Assembly: GCA_001938485.1 (NCBI GenBank)
Contig: MQRK01222550.1
Location: 1-56,006, forward strand
Direction of reading: 5' to 3'
Source of the DNA: Girardia tigrina
Taxonomy: Eukaryota
Length of the DNA stretch: 56,006 nucleotides
Positions 11,313 through 21,800 of this stretch are shown in pieces. The translations under genes were made by a program, and so were the position numbers. Numbering within the stretch: position 1 is the stretch's first letter; every line of letters begins with the position of its first letter. Under the pieces are notes generated by a model that saw only the letters and a program-made list of their open reading frames with translations, had not been told where the DNA came from and made no database searches.

Positions 11313-13452
11313 TTATGATCAAGTTAAAAAAAACTGATTGATTTGTCAGATAAAATAAATAATCGATCAGACAATTGTGAAAAAGACTTCGATGGTTTCA
11401 CTAATGAAACAAATTTAAATTCAACTTCGATTAATTAAACAATTGTCGTATTCAAAAGATGAGCGATATCACCAATGAAACATTTATTTTCACTAAAATT
11501 ACTGCAGTTAAACAACGACATTCTCTTAATAAGTTTTTTAACAATTAATTATCGCCCATAGAATAATTTTTCACAACAATCACTTGTTGGTGATTTATAC
11601 GTTTAATGTTGGGTATAATTAATTGAATTGTCGTTTGAATAATTCTGTTCAAAGAAAATATATAATTCTGAATTTAATCAACTTTAATCGAAGGCTACGT
11701 TGCTTGTTCGTAGCTCGAACCCAGCTCAATAATTGATACTGTTAAATTTATTGCAATTGAGATCAATAACAAATATAAAATTTATATTTGATAATCACAA
11801 AATTTGTACATGATTCTTTACTATAATACCTGAGGTTGAATTTATTGATGCTTGATGAAGTCTTACTTTATATTTGAATTTTGATTTTGATTGTGTTTGC
11901 TTATTTTTGCGTTGTCCCTTTTTTAAATTTTTTGAGGGTATTTATACCCGATTTTATTTATATATAAAAATATATATATATTAGAATATATTAAAATTTT
12001 AATTATTAAAATTATTTATTTTATATTTTATTATTTTTTTTGATTTGGGCCAACATGTGGCACTAATTAGTCAATTTGTTTTATAGATTTCGGATGACAT
12101 TCAATTTAAACGAATATGTCCACAATAGCTTTGTAGACGATGTAATTAAAGATATAATCAGCAAAGTTGATATTAGTGTCAAACGAATCATTTGCTATCC
12201 TGATGAAAAGTGGAAACCAGCAGTTGACATCAATCCAAACTGTGGAGTTCCATTTGTATCACCAAACCTATCAGATAATCATAATACTGAATCAAATTAT
12301 CAGACGGTTCGACAGTTGCTAGTTGCTGTCAGGTCCACAAATTTAATTTATGCATTCCTTTGGGCGATGTAATGACACCGATTGGTGAAACCGATCATCA
12401 TTCATCGCCCAAGAGGAAAATTTCCAATTTTCTTTTCATTTTTTAATTTATTTCAAAACTGGTAAGATTTTATTTTTTATAATAATAATATAATATTTTA
12501 ATAATAATAATGATAATAATAATAATATAATAGTACAATTTTTATCATTATAATAATAATAACATAATAATAATAATGATATTAATTTTAATGATACAAT
12601 TATAATAATAATTTATAAATAAATAATTGTAATAATAATAATAATGATAATTGTAAAAAATCACTTAAAGTCCTGATCCAAGAACTACAAGCAATTTTTC
12701 ACTTTTGCAAAATTAAATAAAAGATAATAAAAATAATATTAGAAATATATAATTTAGAATTAGTAAAATCGACAGAAAAAACNNNNNNNNNNNNNNNNNN
12801 NNNNNNNNNNNNNNNNNNNNNTGAGTGGAAAACAGAATATATCAATGAATAAATACTTTAGAACTCGTCACTGATCCGAGGATAACAATGTCACTATAAT
12901 TTCTTGTCAAATAAATAATTTCTTCTTCGTAATATAATAATGTTAGGTTGGGAGATCTTTACGATTTATTGAGGATAAATGATAACTGCAAGCAGGACAA
13001 TATCTGTCGAGTTAAGGAGGTCTGATAAATCGGCCGGCGACGATAATAATCTTCGTACAAGATAAAGAGATCTTGTTTCGGGAATATAGGAATATAATTT
13101 TTCAAAATTCGTAATAAAATGGTACTGCAAAATACNNNNNNNNNNNNNNNNNNNNNNNNNNNNNNNNNNNNNNNNNNNNNNNNNNNNNNNNNNNNNNNNN
13201 NNNNNNNNNNNNNNNNNNNNNNNNNNNNNNNNNNNNNNNNNNNNNNNNNNNNNNNNNNNNNNNNNNNNNNNNNNNNNNNNNNNNNNNNNNNNNNNNNNNN
13301 NNNNNNNNNNNNNNNNNNNNNNNNNNNNNNNNATTTTACATATATATAATAATAAAAAATTAAAAATAAAAAAATGTAAATAAGAAATAAGAATTAATAA
13401 TAGATAATAATAAATGATATAAATAATATAGTCAATTGGTTATACAATAATG

Positions 13453-13485
<33 letters not shown>

Positions 13486-14202
13486 TAATAATTATATAAA
13501 TTTTTATTAAGATAATCCTTTGGCGAACTTCTCCGCCTAAATCAGGAGTACCCTCATAATGAATGGGTCCCTGAGGAGGAAGGAAAAACTCGCCGTAAAG
13601 GAATATACTAATTTTAATTCTAATAATAATAGTAATTGTAGTGTGAACGCTCTCTAATTGGATGAATTTCTATAAGTATGTCCTTCACACTATATGTGCA
13701 GTCCTGCCCTCTTCTTTTTTTGTTGTTATCACATTTTTATTTCTTTTCTTGTCACTGATGTAACCTTTTATTATTTTATTATTTTTATCATTTTTATATC
13801 ATCAATGTGAGGAGTGTGTATAATATAATGATATTTTATTTTTTATAATTCTGTTATCTTTTATGGTGTATTGATATTTTTGGGTAGGGTGATGTTCCGC
13901 TCCGACATCTGTATTTGTGTGTATTTATTTATTTATGTCAAAGAATGATAATTAATTATAAAAGAAAAAGCAAATAGTCAATTGAAATAAAGAAAAATCA
14001 AGAAAAAGAAGAAACATTTTTATTCAGTCAAAGATGCGATAAACGCTAAAGAAAAAAGAAAAACAAGATAATTATATTTTATGTCATATTAATTTGGTTG
14101 TCGAAATAATTATAATTTGAATGTAATTCAAATTGTAATCGATGAATCGATAAACAAATTAATCACAATTATCCTAACTACGAAGTTAAAAATTATTAAA
14201 AC

Positions 14203-14348
14203 TTACTAGCCGACAATATTATTCTGATTAACTAACTGACGATATTATCCGACAATTATCAACGAACTGACGATATTACTCGACTACTATTGACGAGGTT
14301 ACTGATAATATTATTCTGATTAATTAGCCGATGATATTGTACAACTAT
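14203..14348. repeat. Degenerate short tandem repeat (~20-35 nt units, core (A/G)C(T/C)GA(C/T)(G/A)ATATT)
   Basis: Five related cores: GCCGACAATATT, ACTGACGATATT (x2), ACTGATAATATT, GCCGATGATATT. Confidence 0.6.
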
Positions 14349-14383
14349 TTTTAATGTTGTTATTATCATTATTGTTATTTTAA

Positions 14384-14616
14384 CCCTACAATGCGCCGTG
14401 ATTCATATTTGAATCAACCATATTTTACCTCAATATCTTTTAATCACGTGATATTTTTTGAGTGTTTACATACTGTGAACCAAAAACATTGTCTATGGAA
14501 TGATAACTGCCCATAAAGTCATAGATTCAATATATTTTGTCAACAAAAATGACAGTTCAGTTTGTAATACTGGCATATTTTTTTTATGATAATTAAAAAA
14601 ATTGCGCATTGTAGGG
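14384..14616. mobile_element. piggyBac-type MITE (233 nt)
   Basis: TTAA-CCCTACAATGCGC ... GCGCATTGTAGGG-TTAA: perfect 13-nt TIRs with TTAA target duplication. Confidence 0.9.
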
Positions 14617-15299
14617 TTAATTCAATTCATTAATTCGTTGAAGCCGTTTTTTTATATTTTATTATCTCTACGAATCAGAACAGATTCACCGAACAACATA
14701 TAAGTCCGGTTAATCTGGTTTGATTTTCTTTATTCAATCAACAGTAAAGTATTATATCCTAGTTAGGAATAGTGTTTTTAATTTCCCTTTAATTGTAGGT
14801 CGGAAGTTAAAACCATTATTTCTATAGTAATAATAATAATATAATAAAAATAAATAAAGGTAAAATTAATAATGTTATAACTTAATATTAAATTAATACT
14901 AATAATAAATATTTACTAAGATTTATATATATATTTATTTATTATTATTTACCGCCTCTCGTCCCTGAGCAACCTGCTCAAACAAAGGGAAGGTTAAAAT
15001 GGGATTATCCGTCATTTTTATTTGATTTATTTATTATTATTTTTTAATTTTTTTTATTTAGGACAACAGGTACACTCATTTTATATATTTTATATTTTTC
15101 TTATTTACAGAATCCTAACACACTGTCCTACATCCAAAAATTTAATTTTTCAACAAAACAAAAAATATTTTACATCAGAACAAACGTCATAACAAATTTT
15201 CGATTTTATAAATAACAACGATAATTAAATTTTGAAATATAACAGTTTAAATATTTGAATCCCGAACACTGACCAATATGGGCTATCAATGCATCAATT

Positions 15300-15870
15300 T
15301 CTGTTGACAAAAATCATTTGACAGTTTTCAATCATTTCTAACTGCTGTAGCAATTGTATTTAGTTTTCCAAACTCATTTTACATTCAACTGTTTGAATTT
15401 GTTCTAAAACTTTTATCGTCTGTGTTTGTTTTGATAATCCATCAATTAACATCATTTGGATAAAATCATCTTCTGATAATTGCGGGTTATCGATGTGATC
15501 TAATTTATCAAAATTGCAATGTTTAGCAGCATCTCTCAGTCGCTGATAATAACGCTGATCACTTTCATTAGGACTCTGTTTCATGCTCATAAATGTATCC
15601 CGTTTGACAATTATAATACTCTTCTTTGGTTGTATTTTTCCAGCGCCTTTCTCTTGATTTCTTCAAACACCATATCTCTCAAGTCATCGGGAATAACCAT
15701 AATTGAAATCTGAGGAATAGCATCCAGGCCAGCCGATGCGATGTATAAGTCCGTGATTGTTTTATCGCCTTTCTTATCATCTATTATATTTTCGTGTCTC
15801 GCTTTAACTGAGAACGTCTTTAACCATATTTCAGCAATTTCAGGCTCATCTAAAATTAATTCATTCGATC
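15300..15870 (-). mobile_element. Gypsy gag remnant
   Basis: AEIWLKTFSVKAR...AGLDAI...DLRDMVFEEIK and KQSPNESDQRYYQRLRDAAKHCNF match the Q..ES...Y..RLR..A..C.F gag pattern. Confidence 0.7.
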
Positions 15871-15910
15871 GTGACGACTGTTTCAGAGTGAATTAATAAA
15901 AAAGTAAATA

Positions 15911-17063
15911 TTAGGGGTACCCAAATGTTATGTCGTTTTTTTTTATATATTTTTCTAAATCGTTTAACTGCCGCCTACATTATTTTGACTCTACCATTTT
16001 TATTTATTAATTTCAGTTAGTGNNNNNNNNNNNNNNNNNNNNNNNNNNNNNNNNNNNNNNNNNNNNNNNNNNNNNNNNNNNNNNNNNNNNNNNNNNNNNN
16101 NNNNNNNNNNNNNNNNNNNNNNNNNNNNNNNNNNNNNNNNNNNNNNNNNNNNNNNNNNNNNNNNNNNNNNNNNNNNNNNNNNNNNNNNNNNNNNNNNNNN
16201 NNNNNNNNNNNNNNNNNNNNNNNNNNNNNNNNNNNNNNNNNNNNNNNNNNNNNNNNNNNNNNNNNNNNNNNNNNNNNNNNNNNNNNNNNNNNNNNNNNNN
16301 NNNNNNNNNNNNNNNNNNNNNNNNNNNNNNNNNNNNNNNNNNNNNNNNNNNNNNNNNNNNNNNNNNNNNNNNNNNNNNNNNNNNNNNNNNNNNNNNNNNN
16401 NNNNNNNNNNNNNNNNNNNNNNNNNNNNNNNNNNNNNNNNNNNNNNNNNNNNNNNNNNNNNNNNNNNNNNNNNNNNNNNNNNCCTACACACACACCTAAG
16501 CCTAATCTCCATGGGAAAAAAGTTCTTTTGTGCATTTGGTGGAATCACAGAGGAATTATCCACCATGAATTGATGCCACCCGGTGAAACCATAACTGCCG
16601 ACGTCTATTGCGAGCAATTAAACCGCTTGAGAGACGCAATGACTACTAAATGCCCGGGATTGCTCAACAGAAATCGCGTTATCCTACAGCATGATAACGC
16701 TAGACCACATGCTGCAAAGAAAACACAGCAAAAATTGAAAGAATTGGGATGGGAAGTTCTACCTCATACGACATACTCTCCTGACTTGGCCCCTTCGGAT
16801 TACCATCTCTTTAGATCTTTGCAACATTATCTTCAGGGTAAAAAATTCCTATCAATGGATGATGTCCAAAATGGACTGGTGAAGTTTTTCGAATCCAAGG
16901 ACGAATCCTTTTTTTCTAATGGCATAGATAAACTTATATCACGTTGGGAAAAGGTCATCGATTGCGATGGGGACTATTTTTCTGATTAAATAAATGTTTT
17001 ATATGGTTTTATTTTTGTTTCTAAAAATCAATAAAAAACGACATAACATTTGGGTACCCCTAA
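15911..17063 (+). mobile_element. Mariner (DD34D) transposon with intact TIRs; centre hidden by an N gap
   Basis: TA-TTAGGGGTACCCAAATGTTATGTCGTTTTT ... AAAAACGACATAACATTTGGGTACCCCTAA-TA: ~30-nt perfect TIRs with TA TSD. Confidence 0.95.
16483..16989 (+). CDS. Mariner transposase, C-terminal catalytic part
   Basis: LQHDNARPH and YSPDLAPSDYHLF motifs, open to the stop at 16989. Confidence 0.93.
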   Translation, partial: PTHTPKPNLHGKKVLLCIWWNHRGIIHHELMPPGETITADVYCEQLNRLRDAMTTKCPGLLNRNRVILQHDNARPHAAKKTQQKLKELGWEVLPHTTYSPDLAPSDYHLFRSLQHYLQGKKFLSMDDVQNGLVKFFESKDESFFSNGIDKLISRWEKVIDCDGDYFSD

Positions 17064-17126
17064 TAAATATATAACATTGAAATTTGAATTTTGTATTTTA
17101 ATATTTATTTTATGTTAATAAATTAT

Positions 17127-17764
17127 GGAATCAGGACTTTTTGGCGCAAGATACATACTTTTATTTAATTTTTTTATTTAAATTTTTTATTTAATAAAAT
17201 TGGGAACCGGTCTTTTTGGCGCAGAATTTTGTTGAAAAAATTTTAAGAATATATTTTTTGGTGCAGAATTTTTTGAATTTTTTTGAAAGATTTTTAATAA
17301 TATATTTTGACTCTGAATTTTTTTGCAGCTCAATTTTTTAAAATAAATAATTTTTAAAGCCATTATAATACAATATAAAAAAATTACAACATCCTAAGTT
17401 ATGTGACAAAAATAATCAGGTATAAATATCTTTAAACAACACAGTAATTCTTCAGAAATTAATAGAGTTTTTAGTTATAAACAGTTATTTATTATTTAAA
17501 CAGTTAGTTATAAAGTTAATTATTTATTTCCATAAATTTTGTTAAATATATCTCACAATACTTACAAAAATTATACTTACATTACAATCTTTATAAGAAA
17601 TAATTAAATTATTTCTAACATGAATTTTCTCTATTTTTTACAGATTTCATATTTAATTAATTAATTTAATAAAAAAATTAAAATAAAAAATTCTCTATAT
17701 ATTTCTTCTATAATTTTTTTCAAAAAAAATTCAAAAACATTCGGCGCCAAAAAGTCGCGTACTC
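17127..17764. mobile_element. Degenerate TIR element, Mutator-like MITE
   Basis: Left motifs GACTTTTTGGCGCA (17135) and GTCTTTTTGGCGCAGAAT (~17209) are inverted relative to ATTCGGCGCCAAAAAGTC (~17739-17756); TSD not found. Confidence 0.5.
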
Positions 17765-18319
17765 GTCGGGTATATTTCGAACGAAGTACGGATGTTAAAA
17801 TTGTTATATTTTTCTTTTTTGTCCAACAAAATTTCAATAATTTAAGCATATCGATAACTTTTATTAGATTCCACAACACTAGCAAACTTTTAAATTCGTT
17901 AAAACAATAATGACTTAAATTATTAATATAAAATAATTTATGAGTACGCGAATTTTTATATTGATAATTTATGGCCCTCATTAGAGTCATAAATTATGAT
18001 TGGAGGTGGTCGCTACACGATGTCGGAGAGCGAAAGTGGGCATCTAGATTGTCACGAAAATTAACTTTGGCAATAAAAACTCCATTGATATGATTTAAGA
18101 TATGATTCGATACATAATTTATATTATTTAAACAAAAAACATTATTACCATAATACTTCAGTGTTAAAATTACTTTGAAGTGTATTTAATGATATAAATT
18201 TTTTAATTTTAAACTTTTCGATTTTTTAACGGTAAATAAAAGATTATTTAAATAATCGAAATCTGCGAAATGATTATTCATTAAAGAAAAGTGAAACATT
18301 TGTTTCGATTTGTGTATAA

Positions 18320-18509
18320 GGGGTTGTCCATTAACGACGTCACGCAGGAGGGGGCAGAATTTTGTGAAGAAGTGTGACATTTTTGGGAAATGTGACGTCA
18401 ATTCGAAATGCTGTAGTATTTAGTGAAAGAATTCTGTGACAAAGTGTAACAAGGGGTAGGGGCATTGGAAATCTGCTAAAATCGTGTGACCTGATTTGTG
18501 GACAGCCCC
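18320..18509. mobile_element. PIF/Harbinger-like MITE (190 nt)
   Basis: TAA-GGGGTTGTCCA ... TGGACAGCCCC-TAA, with internal GTGACG/GTGTGAC repeats. Confidence 0.8.
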
Positions 18510-18881
18510 TAATGGAATATTATTATTTTACTGCTACTGACTTCAACTATTGATATAAATAACAAAACGTAATAATAAAAATAAACAACGAACACAATAA
18601 AACTCTTTAGATGTAATTTATTAATAAAATAAAAGCTTAAAATTTTAATAAGGCATCAATCATCACAATTTACTTTAACATACTTTGGCATTTGTAGAAC
18701 ATGAAAACAAAACTGTTAAAAGGAACATCAACGTTCGAATTCAGATTTACCGAAGTCAGAGGTGTCTAATCACTAATTAATAAATGAGACGGTCAATGAA
18801 TGGCAGATTACGTGCTAGGAAATAGAGTTAAATTATCATCAGTTCATATAAAATTCAAAGTTATTTAACAAAAAAAATCCT

Positions 18882-21800
18882 TTAGAAAATCCCACAGACC
18901 ATATTAGCAGGCACAGCTTTATCCATTTGTTTCGGATATGGCAGTTTCAATTCTTCCATTATTTTTATAAATTCATCTCTAGATTTCGTCAATCGTGGGT
19001 TATGTTCCAGTTCTTCCCTCACACTCGTTACAGTTTGCCCTGTGTAATCATGAGCTGGATAAAGAAGAAAGTGCGGCGGTAGACTTAAAATGTGTTTGTG
19101 GACGGAGTCATATAATCTTCCTGAATCACCTTGTTGAAAATCAGTTCGTCCACAACCTCGAATAAGAAGAGCATCACCAGTAAAAGCCATACCCTTCTCT
19201 TCCAAAATATACGTTAGACAACCATCGGTATGACCTATTAAAATAATATTTCAAAATTTTTAAATTATACATTTTCTTTAATTTATAAGGATTTTGAGAT
19301 AATGAAATGTTTTCATAGTAATAAATCTTGTACTAAAATATGATCAAAAAATTTAACTATATTGATATACATTCGTGGAGTGTTATAAATGAGTCACAAT
19401 TCATCACAAAGCTACCAAAGTTTTGAATTAATCACTAAACCGACTGATGTTCAACAACCTTAACCCTTAAAGACATGATGATGTATATGTACATCAGTTT
19501 TTTCTTCCTTGCATAATTTCTAAACGGTAATTCAAACACAGTATTTTTTTACTTTTAGTAGGTGCTTAAAATATCTATCTTAGTTTTTGAACGCAAACTT
19601 TTATGATATGGCAGTCCACTTCTTTAATTGTCAAAATTTGACAGTTTGGCGCAACACTTTCCTTTCACATTTATTGTAAAAACCTTACTTTGAGGGTTCT
19701 ACTTTTTACTAAATTTTATTACAATAAAACAGGTAGAAATTATGTGTCACAAAGGACCACAGAGAGAGGACAGCTATCGACTATAGCGTCATTAAGCGTC
19801 CATAGTTTGAGTTCGTTCCAGGATGGAGTTGACTGGTGTATTCTTGGAGCTCGAGCAGGGGTTATACCAGAGGATGTTATGTTTCGCCCAAGTTGATTCG
19901 CAGTGCTTGATATTGGATATCACATCTTCTTCGGAGATTATTGATTGCAGTATCGGATAGCTTCAGATCCTTGAGCACTTCGTCATTCTTTTCTGGCCAT
20001 GAGCCGAGACAGCCAACGACAATTGTGCCGAGTTGGATATTCCATCCTGGGTATTTGGCTTTAGCTCCAGCTTCAAGGGACTCGTATTTCGTTTTATTGA
20101 GCTCTCTGGCAGATTTGAGGTTCTCCGTCTCATCGTATGGGGTCTTTATATCGATCAGCCATAGAGTTCTTCCTCCAGTGTTTTTGGCCTGTATATCGAT
20201 TCTTCTGCTGTGAAATGGAGATCCAAAACATATATAATAACCAATTTCTTAAAAAAGGTTTAACCAAAATTATTTTTCCTAATTTTTTTGATTAATTTTA
20301 ACAATTTTTAAGAACTTCTCTACTTTGCTACTCCCAGTTTCCTAAATATGTATAACCTTACAACGGACATTGATATACATCCGAATTTAGTCGTTAAACA
20401 CAAGTAAAATAGCTTTATGGACCCTATTGGAATTAAAAAAAGCTATGTAAATAAGATTATTAATAAAGACTAATTTGGTAGGAACCAGAACGGTATGTAA
20501 ACTGCGGAGGAAAGATTCCGAAGCACATAAGCTTAGAGATGCACCTCCCTCGAAGACAATTTTCATTTAAAAGTTTCAGTGTTTTTCAGGACTTAGTGTT
20601 AAAGTGATCTTGTACGTGGTGCCAGTAGTGAAAGCTCTTTTCTACGGTATCAGCATCTATATCAATCCAGCGAACCAATTTCTCAGTTTCCTTGTTTATT
20701 CACGAAATATTTAAACGGGGGCATACTGTCGTGATATCATCAATGCTGATCGTTTATTTATGTTTAATTCTATATCACAAAATGCGCGATTTAATTTTTC
20801 ATCATGAGTCTAAACGTATCGAACGAATTCAACGAAATCGACGAAACCACCCTTGTTTACGTCGGCATTTTCCAAAAATAGTTCGGTTAATAATTTATCT
20901 TGGAGATTTTTATTATTCAAATTGCAAGTCCATAGACATTTAAACAAATAGACAAATCTGAATCCGACGATTAATCTCAATTTTAATTTAATGATAATCT
21001 GATCACTCGGTTCAATCGCATTCATGTATTCGACATTTTTACAGAAATTTGAAATCCGATTAGAAACAAAATTCAAAAGGAAGAACCAGTCCCGTACAAC
21101 TTGTATTTTTCTTTACAAATCAACTCAAATTCAAAGTCAAATCATTGATAATTTCAGATTATTTTGAAGCGTTTATAAAACGCAAAAAATAATATTTTTT
21201 ACAAAATATAATTTCCTTTTTTATATAAATTATACATTTAATTTTAATTTTATATCTACATTTTGTATTTACATAAAAATTTCGAATCCAGAACATACAT
21301 GTTTAATTATTTTTTGAAACTGGAGAAGGTAAAGTAGAAAAGTATCATTGTTTAGTCTTAAATGAAATTGCGATAAAACATCCAGGCTTATTCTCAAATT
21401 ATCAAGATTGCGGAGGACTACAACACTCAGCATTCAACAGGCTAAACACTATACACAGTACTTCAGATATTATCGACCTAAATTGTATCACAAAATATAC
21501 TTATAATAAATAATAAAAATTCAAATTTTCAAAAAATATAATTTAAATTTGTTGAGATTATGAAGAATTAGTTAAAATTTGCACATCGCCAAAATAATTT
21601 ATTAATTTTTTGAAAATTTTTAAAAATTAAATAAATACCAAAAATTTTAAAATTAAAAAAAGTTAAAAAGGATTTTTAAATGAAACCAAACGAAAATTAA
21701 ATTATTATATAAAACAAAAAATGTTTACATTCATAACAATTGATATATTTTATAAAAGTTTTAAAATAAGAATTTTAAAATAAATATGAACGATTTAAAA

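Noticed and set aside
12195-12225. Hammerhead ribozyme core (CTGATGA...GAAAC); also TAATGA..GAAAC at ~12370-12391
   Set aside because: No convincing stem II or stems I/III at the first site; the second lacks the CUGA core and is better explained by the long hairpin.
12076-12372. 98-aa ORF as a gene
   Set aside because: Non-ATG start in the ORF track, no recognisable domain, flanked by LTR-like and low-complexity DNA.
14203-14348. CRISPR-like repeat-spacer array
   Set aside because: Units are degenerate, intervening sequences are related to each other, there are no cas genes and the context is eukaryotic.
18882-19205. Stand-alone 107-aa or bacterial-type metallo-beta-lactamase gene
   Set aside because: It is exon 4 of ETHE1; a proper acceptor lies at 19235 and matching upstream exons at 35587-36123.
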